From the NCBI GenBank assembly GCA_026026165.1, contig JAPEUD010000013.1:186001-250000 (forward strand): a stretch of DNA of 64,000 nt. The letters are read 5' to 3'. The position numbers were made by a program, and so were the translations under genes. Under the pieces are notes generated by a model, which was given only the letters and a program-made list of their open reading frames with translations, had not been told where the DNA came from and ran no database searches. Positions 35,351 to 46,930 of the stretch are shown in pieces. The first letter of the stretch is position 1; each line of letters opens with the position of its first letter. Source of the DNA: Sarea resinae (Eukaryota).

Positions 35351-38300
35351 GCTTAGTCATTCATCCGAACGGGCCGGATGTTAATCCGGATCCACGTGAT
35401 GTGGTCTGAGTCTACTGAGGCAAGCATATCCCTCGGGCTCCAGGACAACAGGGTCCGTACGTCGAGGCGAGCACGGGAAAGCACGATGTGCAGTTTCCGG
35501 GTCCGGCATCCGCGCTGTTTGGAGGGATGGATCCATCTTAGCAAATCCATGGGTTGCAGACTGCAGTGTGGTACATGAACGTATTGGACCTTTTTGAATA
35601 GATACATAAGGGTACGTGGAGACTAGAGTCTAGCGGGCCCTTTTGACCGGGTCTTAGTGTTCAGGGAGGCGATAATAGGGTACAGTGGTTCAGCGAGGGA
35701 GTAATTGCCATTTGCGTGGGACCGGATGAACCTCATGCACGACTGAATGCCTGCGGTGCATTGGCGCTGGCTCTGGCGCCGATGCTGGATCATGGATCCA
35801 TTGGCAAAAGGATGGATATGTGATGACCTCGGTGCCGAATATCTGAACCCTGGGCTCGGGCACGGACCTTGGACAGGGTGAGGACGGCAAGCTGCGCGCT
35901 CGGGAATAATGCGAGTCATCGCTGATCAGTCATTACCGGATTGATACTCGATACTGTAAGGTTCTTTCGGCGAGCTGAACTTCCAAATTTGAATTCATTT
36001 AGGAGGGAAGGTCTCATTGCAAGACTATCACTTGATTCGTATTCGGCAGATGCGAATTCTGGTCAAAGGGTTAGCCAATAATAAAGAAGCTGTCAAGGGC
36101 TCAAGAGATCACGATCTACCAAAGCTTGAACCTCTTAAACAGCTGATTCACCATTAAGGTAGAGTGAGTATCTCAGTGGATAATAATGCCTGTGACTCGG
36201 GTTGTCATCACCACAGCGGTTGCCATTGTCTCCAATCATTAGGCCAATGTCCTTCGTGGAGGCTCGTAAGTACTAAGTAAATAGTTTCTTGGTCCCAGGT
36301 AGGTAGATACAAGTAATATAGCCGGATCCTAACAGAAGTCCTTACGACCGATCCCCAGTAGACCCGTTTTACCTTCAGTGGGTAATTGAAGGTAGTGTTC
36401 ATGGACTCTTGGCCCCTTATCACGAGATTCAAGCCAGGATGAGACGGTGTTTCCTTACAACCAGTATTGTAGACCTCGGTCCGTAAAGATAAAGCAGCGG
36501 TGATTTGAAATCAGTACTGAAGTTCATAGGTATAAATTGAAACACATCATCAGTTCTTCGCGAGGCTCAGGACTGTCCAGACAGATACTCTTGGACCGAG
36601 AATTCATGTCGAGAGGGCCCGCATCTGGGGCAACGTAATGAACCGTAGATAAAGTGCGTGTGCAGGTGCACTATCGACAAAAAAGATTCTCTGACAGCAG
36701 TCCATCCAACTCATCCCTCCCTCTTTTCCTTTTTGACGCATCTCCATTCTCACTTCTGCATAATCGCTGGCAGGCTATGACTAATTTGGACACTGGTATA
36801 CTAGATCGTGAAAATGGGAAGTCAATCAGTAGCAAACAGAGAATAGATGCGTTGTTAAAATCTTGGTCAATAATGTCATAAACCCACCCGATGCGTTCGA
36901 ATTTGCTGTGTAAGACTCATGGCCAGATATATCGGTAGTGCATAGTGCCTCCTTTGTGGGGTTTCGACCGATGTCAAATGATTTCTGTTTGAGATTATCT
37001 GGGAAGCTTGCCAAAAGTAGGCATAATCATCCTCAATGGCGCAGTGAAGGACTTCGATGTGATCTGCAGAGTTGTTTTCTATGTCCATCATATTTCAATT
37101 CTCAGACGCTGGCGTCGCCTTTGACGAGCACCAGACTAGGAATCCGGTCCTCTGAATCTATTGCTATCAGCCCAGTCTCCAGGATGTGTACAATCCCTGG
37201 AACTTGTATTCAAAACCTTGTCCTGTAGGTTGGTAGTAATTATGGTGCTTAGCAAAATCACTCTCAAGTGCAGAAGGAAAGCGCTTCCATGCTGTAAAGT
37301 TCGAAAGATGTGGACTTATTTGGATTTCCCTTGCCCTGGCCTTTTTCCGTTCCATAAAGAAAAAATCAACGGTGTTCCGTTCGGATTGCACCACGGGCTT
37401 ATTCAATTCGATTGCTCGCGCTTGAGCAGCGGCTTGTCTAGGATCGAGTGCGTTCCTCGTGGGTTTTTTCAGTGTTTTCACGATAGTATCTTCTCTAGGT
37501 CCATCTCAGTGTACGGATTACCTAGTCGGTCAGCTTAACGCCCTTCATGGTCCGAAGACATACTCCTTAGCCCCAAGGACCAACGTAGATACTGAAGCTG
37601 CGTTTGATAGTCTTATAGGTCCTTCGGCTTGGAAGGCACATCCTGTAATCAAGAAGGACGAGTAAAAAAAAGGAGAGGTTGAATGGTGATAAAATAAATA
37701 GCGAATAGGGCAATCAAGAAACAGCGTATTAGCTACTGAAGTACCTACCTTAGGTTTCGCATCAAACTCAAAATCTTATCTTATCTTGTCGGTCTTTGAT
37801 ACAACAGAACCTGCAAGGGCCACCCCTTGGGTGTTCAAGGGCAACCTGCCTACTCCGGAGTATTCGAGTACCTAGGTACCTGGGTACATATTCTAGGCAG
37901 TGAAGCCCGAATGGATTTCTCATGGCTCGCGAATATTCTGTAAATTTTGCACAAAGAGACTTCTTAGTACTACCTAACACTACTAGAGAAGGTGGTATTT
38001 CAGGCAGCCATCTCCTTGAAAACGGATTCCCATCGGCGCTTGCTCCATGCAATTTCAGATAGATTGAAATATGGCACAGTTTAGACATGGGAAACACTGC
38101 CCAGCGGATGCCCAACCTAAACCCCATCATTATTATCCGTAATCTCGGAAACGAAAAGACGCTTTCTCTCCAAGAAGCTGGAAGGACCGATGAACGACGT
38201 GGCACAGAAGCTTGCCCCAAGCCCGGCTTACCTACCTAAGTAGTACCTAAGACACTCACCTATCGCCGTTAGTCCAGTGCAAGGGCGTCGCCCACCCTGC

Positions 38301-39494
38301 CCACCCCCAAATAAAATAACGACGACGCGCCCACTTCCATTGTAGATACCGAGGTTCGGTTGCAGTTACCTACAGTGATCATCATCTAACAAGGACCGAC
38401 CTGACGACCTGGAGATGCTGCTTCCATGCCCCATGTTGGGCTGACGCTGGACCAATATAGCGAAAAGTGAGAGAGCGGAGCTCAATAGCAGTAGTGAGAG
38501 TAGTGGATCCAGCCCGCGCGTTCGTTCGCTGCATGGGATGGCACAGCAGCGCATGGCCCGCCGTCCCGAAAATTGGGGATTTTCCCATCTTTATCCAAGA
38601 AAAGAGAAAAGAGACCCCAAAGTCAATCCGTAGGCGAGATGTGTCCCGTCGGTGGATAAGCGGAGATACCGTACATACGATACCGTACATGGTATGTCCG
38701 CATGGTTTCCAGAGCACGTATGGTTGGATCCATGTCTCGGCAACAACCGACCCTCGAGCCTGCTGTGCGCACGCAGGCATCCATTTTGGCTATCGAATCG
38801 TATCGTCGGACAGACCTGACTACCTACCCCATTCTATCCTTGCGCGGCCGCCCGACTGACGATCATAGTCAATTTGGCGTCGACTGCAATCGGTGATGAC
38901 TATTTTGCCACATCTGTTCCGTGTTCGAGTGCGCTGATACTTGGTCCGTGCAGGGGGATCTACGAAACGGCACGGCAGTTGTGCGCGGCAAAACAAGATC
39001 TGCAATAGATCGTTGAAAGCATCGAGAGACTAGAAAGTGCTCATTGAAGCGATACGACACCGGTGACGCATGATCATTATAGCCAATTCCGAGCGCTTAT
39101 CTGATACACTGATTGAGGTCATGCAAAGTAAGATGGAGCATCAGATGAATGTTATCGTCAATCTTTCGGAATTGCAAGTGGCAAGTAATCGCCAAACGAA
39201 GTCAAATCAGTGAAAAGAGATGGTGCACAACTAGCAACAAAGAAGAATCGTTGTCGGCCGCGATACAAGACGCTCGCTGCTCAGCTCTTTGTAGAATTGA
39301 AGATGAACGGAAAATCGATACAAGGCAAGAAAATCATTAGGTCCGTCACTCGCAAGGAGACGTCAACATTGGATCGTGACCACATTGTGGCAGGCATTTG
39401 TCTCTTGTGCGCACGCTCAAGAAACCTCTGAAACGTGATTGGCGTGATCAAATGCTTGATCAGCGAGATAGGAATCATAACGAACAGGATTGAG

Positions 39495-40787
39495 TCAGGC
39501 AACAGTAATGTTCAAGCTGATATTGGCCAATTTCTCTTGGAGGCTCTTCAGGACTTCGGGATCGGGTTCCGGCTTAGCTTTCTTGGGCCTTCATAGAAGA
39601 AAATTAGCATAGAAGGATAAGACGTCCCGGATGGAGTTGAGACTTACGGAACTCTGTTGCAGTCGTCACAGCGCTCGTGGCTACAAGAAGAGCACGTCTT
39701 TGATGATTCTGCAAACATGGAAGAGCATGAATGGCAGTACCACCGTACGCGTGTTCTGATCTTCCTATAGGTACGCTCTGCTGTTTGACGAACTTCTGGC
39801 GTAGGTTCAGCGTCCCCAGGGTACCCGTCTGGATATTTTTTAAGTTTGGCCCTGCGACAGATTAGCGCGCTTTACATCAAAATGTCAAAATGAACTACTT
39901 ACGGATCCCGCGGACACTTCTTGCATCGTACATGACCGCATTTAACACAGTCCTTCTCTCCGGGGGTGAATTCGGCCTGACACTTGTGGCAGGTTCTATG
40001 AACTCTTTGTCTGATCGGTTTCCGTACCAGATCCTGACCGCCCGTCTTCGATGGAATGGTAAGCAAGTCTCCGTGAGATCTTTTGATAGCCTTGCCCCTG
40101 GCCTTCTCAGTCCCCGGAGTGCCGGTAAGACCGCTGGCGGCTGCACCACGCTCTTTGGCTTCCTTGGACTTCTTCGCGGGAAAGCGGGGACACTTTTTAC
40201 AACGCTCGTGCTGGCAGTTTGAGCAGGTCTTCTCTCGGCCGAATGTTGTCTGGCAGCGGTGGCATTGGCGGTGGACCCTCATCCGGATAGGTTTCTCAAC
40301 TCTTTCAGCGGCCTTCCGATTCGGTAAAGCCCATTCTTGCGGAGTGTAAGTGAGACCGTACTTCTCGAAAAGCGCACGAGTCTTCTCTTGTTGCGCGGCA
40401 TATCTGGATTCAGCAGCACTAGGCTTGTCTGTAGTGGCTGTAGGAGAGGTCTCTGGAATTTTGTTAGCACTTACATTTGCATAGGAGCTGTGGGAAGACA
40501 AACTTCTCACGGGCGCGCTTCCTGTGGGTTTACTGCTTGACCCCGCGTCAGCTATCGTTGACCAATTGTAACAGAAAATCTGAAAAAAAAAAAAAAATAA
40601 CCTACATGCCCGTAGAAGCACCTGACGGGGGTGCCGCTTTGTCACCAGATCCACCGGTTATATCAGCCATGCTGGAGATGGAAGACCTTCCCCTCTTCAA
40701 GACAGTCCTAACCCTCTTCACGTACTTATTGAGGCCTTTGCCATCGTTTTCGGGAGTTCCAGACCCTGAAGGGGTTGAAGAGCTCAT
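39495..40787 (-). CDS. Cys-rich fungal protein with three tandem CxxC...CxxCxHxRCxxC putative zinc-binding repeats; 4 exons
   Basis: Repeats: RVHRQCHRCQTTFGREKTCSNCQHERCKKCPR, RVHRTCHKCQAEFTPGEKDCVKCGHVRCKKCPR, RVRWYCHSCSSMFAESSKTCSSCSHERCDDCNR. GT-AG introns join these to MSSSTPSG.. and ..EKLANISLNITVA*. Confidence 0.82.
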
Positions 40788-43556
40788 ATTCGGTGGCGAT
40801 TTTTCGTGAACTGATCACGGATAGTGTCGAAGCCAGACGTATTTTCGAAAGCCAGTCCGATTCCTATTGTGAAGGAGGTGGGAGCAAGATTTGAATCTTT
40901 ACGAGCCTGGGTAGGTCGCGATAGCCGAGTCGACGAAATAGATATGAACGGGCTAGATTATTGTACTCGCCCTCGATGGCGATTTGTTTAGTCTATCGCA
41001 GGACCGATCTGAGGAATCCAGAAGTCGAATGGAAGAATGAAGAAGTTGAATAGATATTATTGCGTATCGGAACGTCGAGGTTTGGACGAAGCGGGAGCTT
41101 GCAGCTTTCGGCCGCTAAAGCTAGTATGCTAAGGTAGGTCGTACGGAACGACTTTAGGAAGATTAGACGTCCGCAAAAGGCAAGACGAGCCTAGTTGCGC
41201 GCGTTTTATAGCGACCCAGGCCTCGTAATGATGTTGCGCACGATCTGGTTCAGACGCTCTGCTGTCTGACAACGCACAGCAACGGTACCAAGAGGAGGGA
41301 AAGCAGGAACCAGAGCGAGCAGAGGAGATGGAGGAGGAAGGAGTAGAAGAATACCTTGGCTACCTATCTAGCTACCTATGTGTCTAGGTATGTTCGGTAG
41401 GCAGGTTGACGATTACCAAAAAGCAGGAGATAGATACAGTAGTAGTCCCAGTAGTCCTTACCGTATGTTCAGTAGACCCGCCGGACGGAGAAGGAACAAG
41501 AAAGGGCTCGTTCATTATTCGTTCGCGCGCTCGTTCGCTTGTTCGTTCGTTTATTGATGGGTAGCAGTCCGTACTACTACGTACTCGGTCCACAGCGCAT
41601 ATCCATGAATGTACCTCGTAGTATGATCGTTGGTTGGCCCCGGGCACGCACCCAAGGAGCTGCCTGCCCATCGCAGTCCGAGATGCTGGAAGACGCTGGA
41701 CGAAGAGGGGAATGATACGCCTGTGGTCCCTTGCCAGGAAGAACGACGAAGAACCATCTGTACCCGTATCTGCACGCGGGCAACGTGGTGACAAAGGGAC
41801 CTTCTTCCCACGTACCGATGCTCTACCGTCCCCAGTCGGCCCCGGTCGGGTAGTGGCTCCGCACCCTGAAGATACGCCATCCATGGATCAATGGATAGCC
41901 CTCGTCTGCGAGGAGCCCAGGTATCGGTACGCAGCCGACCCTGAAGACCTCTATGAAGTAATAAGGACCTCTCGGGCCTCTACTCGCGCCGTCCCAAGAT
42001 GCCGCCCACCCCCTGGTAGACTCCCTAGCTGATACCGATGGCAGCCATCGGTCACCGATTGCAATCACCAAGACTTCACCTTTACCCTATTGGCTTTCAT
42101 TGCTTGTTGAAACCGTACAGGCCATGTACGTAGAGTAGTATCCATGTTTTCAATAGCTACCTAATTGTAGTTGCGTGGAAGTACCTCCCTGCTTGCAGGC
42201 CAAGGAGAGAGCATGAATATCACAGCTGCAGCCAGTGGAGGTATAACGTGATACGCAAAAAGGGAGTACTCCGTATGGCGAGTCCTAGGCTTCTGAACCG
42301 CGCGAGTACTCGTGCATAGTAACTAAGGTACCTTAGGTAGTGCTGTGCGACTAGCCGGAGACTACCTTACATACTCGCACTCTCCTGCCTGTCCTGTTGA
42401 ACCTCCCCGACTTTTCGGGTGTCTGTCCTCTAGCAGAAGGGAGACGAGACTTAGCTTCCACATTGACGTTTTCTCTAGGTAAGTTATGGCAGTTCCTCCT
42501 AGTCATTTCACCTCCACCGCCGCATCCCCCCTCCCGTCTACCTCGACCACAGTACAGAGTAGTGCATCTTCCTCCGGTACCCAATCACCCTACCCGCTGT
42601 CAGACTCGCATAATTGGGCTTGCCGCAGCCTAATGCAAATGGCCTCAGTCCGCGGGTCCAGCCCTTCTGGCTGGATCGGTTTGGCTCGCGCAGAGCATAG
42701 GGGCAGCCCAAGCAGAAGAAATCTTGAAGCGCTACTAGAGTAGCAATCCACCATTGCTACCTACATAAGGTAGTACTCCGGGTAGATGCTGTTGGTGCTG
42801 ATTTGACCCCGCAGCACCCAGGATCAGAGATGCGCCAAGTTCAAGTAGAGCACTAAAGAGCGAGACCGATAACGAGACCGTCTGAGATTGAAACCAAAAT
42901 CGATGCTGAATGACACGATACGATCGCGAAAGAACTGAGAAAGCATATTGGACGCAAGCTCTCTTAACAGAGACCGATGAATTGGAGGAGCGCATATTCG
43001 CCGCATACCACTATCAATACATAGTACTGTCAACTTAGGTGACATCTGTACCTCCTAGCTACCTAAGCTCCATATTGCTAGCAAAAAATGGGAAGTAGAT
43101 ACCTTGGCTGATAACCTTTGCTGCCTTGAAATCTAAATACCAGTGGGGACCTTCTCCGAGTACAGACACTACGGACTAATGCTCTACCTTCCCATCGATG
43201 ACTTTTCTTTCAAGAACATCATTTTCTTGCTACGTATATTGATTTTGCTACGGTAGGTAAGTAGGTACTCGTGCTATCTTTTGGTTCACCTCCTAATCAA
43301 CTTTCTTCGTTCACATCCAATATTATCTCGACTCTGTCGTTAACCTACCTATTTTTACAGGTAAGTACTATTAAGCGTAAAAGGCGCGAGTTTCTGGGCG
43401 ATCTCGATAATAATTTATATGATACATAATGCCAGACTCTCCTCCTCTTCTAGCTATTATGTAGTTGTAACATTGCGAAGATGTTAAGCTGCCAAGGTAT
43501 CTTAAAGGTCATAGAGCTTGATTTAATATACCATTAACAAGAGCTTATTTAAGTAT

Positions 43557-43639
43557 GGCCTGCTGGCTCAATGGTAGAGTGCTTGACTACGACCGCCTAG
43601 TCAATCAAGTGGTTGCAGGTTCGAGCCCTGCGTAGGTCA
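43557..43639 (+). tRNA. tRNA-Arg(ACG) with an 11-nt intron (43593-43603)
   Basis: GGCCTGC acceptor stem, TGGCTCAATGG A-box, CTTGA-CT-ACG-A anticodon arm, GGTTCGAGCC B-box, followed by an oligo-T Pol III terminator. Confidence 0.95.
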
Positions 43640-43947
43640 TTTTTATTTTTTGGGAGCTATATGACTTTAATTGCTTCAGCCTGGAATTTTTTTCACATCA
43701 ATTTTCAGCATATGGTTTTAGTAAAACTTTAGCGATACAAAACAAAAGCTTGTAGCTTTATTAATGTACTTCGTAAGAAGCTGCTTCCTTTCTTTTATAT
43801 CGCTGTCTTAAGTGGATGCAAGTGATAATATCCTGTAGGGTACGTAGTAATTGTACAAAAATAAGATTCTTACAAAACCCTAAGAATTAGGTACTGAAGT
43901 GTACTGAAGTACTTTAAGGATCTTAACAGTTAAGACGCAAAAACAAT

Positions 43948-44030
43948 TGACCTACGCAGGGCTCGAACCTGCAACCACTTGATTGACTAGGCGGTCGTAG
44001 TCAAGCACTCTACCATTGAGCCAGCAGGCC
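43948..44030 (-). tRNA. tRNA-Arg(ACG) with intron, identical second copy in inverted orientation
   Basis: Exact reverse complement of 43557-43639; followed on the minus strand by TTGTTTTT. Confidence 0.95.
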
Positions 44031-46930
44031 TTTCTTATTGGTCAATTAGTCAATATTGTAATTGATATAGTCTTAGGCTCAGATATAAGCCAGCATGCAT
44101 GAATAGAAAACATGCTCTACTGCGTACTACGTACTATGAGGTCGGCACTCTAACGCAGAGGTATGGATTGAAATCTCTCGTACGAAAAGGAGCTAGGAGC
44201 GTACCAGCGGCTACTGCCATCGAGTAATCACTTTTCCGGAGTAGGGCTCGTGCTGTGATCTCTTCACTCGTTCCATCCGGGTTCCAGACAGCTCACACGA
44301 CATCGATCGTCACCACTGCAGGGACTCGAAAGTGGCATGCCATCTAGCTTACTACGTGGAATTTGATTTTGATCTCAACGGAGCACGTTAATAAGAGTGC
44401 AGTATTCAAGTTGAGTTGCAAATTCGCATGGTGACTAAGTTACCTACTCCGAACCTCCAGTCCATCATGGATACTGTGTATTACTTCGTACCTCAGGAAA
44501 CTTCATACCTTACTAGGTAGGTACCTTACATTATTCTACTAAGATGCCTATCCACTTCAGGAGGAACCGAATCCACGGAGGGCCAACTTTTGCTAGCGGC
44601 CGGCAACGTCTTTGCTGCAAATGGAACTCCTTGATTGTGAAACCCCAGCTTCCTCAATTGTTCAGCCTCAATTGAATCAAGCTTTTCTGTCAAAAGTATG
44701 AGTTTCTTCGCTAGCCCAGAATTCGAGTGCCGTTCAAATTAGGATGGTACATAAGTTGATCGTCCGGCAGAGACCGCATGGAGAATCGTTTGGTATTCAT
44801 TCCTGATAGAGTACTCCGGAATAGCTGGCCTCCAGTTCCGCCATCCTTGACCTAAATGTCTCCACATTTCGCTAACCCGCACCCTTCGGTTGATGCCGTC
44901 CTCGAAGGCCAATTGATAGTCTTCGCAATGATGCGATGCTTGAGGTAATTTCTAGCTATCTTGCCTAACGGAACAATAAGGTATTTCAAGGTAAAGCGCA
45001 GCCCATGAACGACGCTGACGAGATCCAGCGTTTAAGCTTGATATGCGACAGCCAGAACGAGAAGACCGTCTATCAATTCTAGATCACTCAGGACCTTCCT
45101 ACATACCAAGGCAGTACCCCATACGGGGCTCGAGACTTCCTGCTGCGGAGACGCTGCCGCATGCTGTCAAAAACTAGGTACCTGACAATAAGAGTAGAAA
45201 CGCCCGGAAATAACATTGTCATCCGACGTCTATCCATAGATTTTGGCCAACTCGCACGTCTCTGTCCGACTCGGTTTCAAATCCAAGCCGCAGACAGGAT
45301 TTTGTACATCGCTCATTGACGAATGAGGGGTCGGCCACGATATTCTCTGTTCATAGAAGGCCAGTCCTCAATGCCTTGAAGATCCGTCTGATCTAAGGTC
45401 TCATCGCTCGGCCTTCGATGGCGCATTATTAGCCCAGTAATTCTGGGACTCCGCCTGACCAGTCAATAGTCAGCAACACCATCTGATGCCCACGGCACAA
45501 CATAGGAACGTTAATCCTGCCATTCCTGGCAAGATGCAGAGGGGCATCAACCAACGTGAGCAGGCTTAAGTGCCGGGATCGACATCATAGCTTTCCTGAA
45601 GCATGATGAACTATGGAGATGCACTATGAACGCCGTGCTAGCATGCATCCTTGTTCATTGTAAGTATAGCGGCAAGCTGTGTACTGTTTATTTCTATTCC
45701 AATCCAACTCCATCTGTACGTTCGGTAGGTAGACTTGATCTCTGATAACGATGAAGCTGATTGAATATCTTGACTGAAGATCATAATTGATTCTATAGGC
45801 CTTGAAAATCGTATAAATCCTGCCTGTCTGCACGCAGGTCTCGAGCACCTATCATTTGGTGGGGTAACTTTCTCGAGTCTCTACTAGTCCTGTCAAGTTC
45901 AATAAGGGCTTGGGTTAGTACCAATCTATGAATGAGTTAATACCGTCTTAAGCTGAACGGCCTTGATCGGTAGAAAGGCTCAAAGGTCTCCGTGGTATCT
46001 GAAGGTGCGCGATGATATTACAGCCGCCTTATTATTTTTGAGGGTGAATCTACATACTTAGAGATGCTATTTACCTCAAAGTATTCCCGCTGAGCCGACA
46101 TTAGAACAGGACAGAAAGAACTTTCGAGGTACCTCAAGATGTTCTCAGGTGCATTAGATATTTTGCTCATATTTGGCTATCTAAACGGATGACAATATCC
46201 CAATATCTATTTAGGTTGCGAAAGGCATTTACTACTCCAGACGAATCGAATGTTTCGGGCGAATTCTAAGTCATTTTCTGCTGTCTGAATATCGCTCTAC
46301 AAGCCTCATCATAGAGATAGGGAGGCCGATTCATCCAAATCCAAAGAGGGAAAACTCTTGAAATACAATCGGCCACCTCGTTACCAGCGAGGCCTGCAAA
46401 TTCAACCCATCAAGGTCTTTAGCCTGATACAACTTTAGATCAGTCCATAAAACTTCGAATCTCTGGAAACAATACCAAATTCTACGCTTTCAAGCTCTAT
46501 GGCTACCTCCTTGCCACCGGCTCAACCATGAGCTACAATATTTCAATCTTGACTTTGGACTTTATGCAGATTGAAAAGAGCCGGTAGGCAGCGTGACTAC
46601 AGCTATATGCGGCCTTACACAAGATTGCACTGGACATAATAGAATCTTAATATTTTCTTACTGGTCCTCCAATTCTCCAACTTGGACGATTTGTGGATCG
46701 GTGTCAATTCAAAATCTCGGCGGCTCACCAAGCGGGATGCGCCATTTAGATATGAAATAATCAAAACTATTTTGGGAAGCTCATCTCAACATGTCACGCA
46801 TTCAGACAACGCTCTACGCCCACAGAGCTTTCAAATGCATAAGAAAGATGCATTACCCCATCCTGAAGCCATTATCTCTTTCGTTTGATCAAAAATTTCA
46901 CATTCGTTTCTATTTCCCTGATCGCCGAAC

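Larger units (their letters stand above)
27535..35351. mobile_element. RIP-inactivated AcademH-like DNA transposon (~7.8 kb): transposase (+), Zn-cluster gene (-), RecQ-like helicase (-), imperfect TIRs
   Basis: Sharp shift to TpA-rich, stop-riddled sequence between two inverted termini. Transposase and SF2 helicase motifs are recoverable by reverting C>T and G>A changes. Confidence 0.82.

Noticed and set aside
27535..35351. Alternative identities for the element: Helitron, Starship, or telomere-linked helicase locus
   Set aside because: The helicase is SF2/RecQ-type rather than Pif1/SF1 with a Rep domain. No tyrosine-recombinase captain and no telomeric repeats are seen, and TIRs plus a DDE-like transposase are present.
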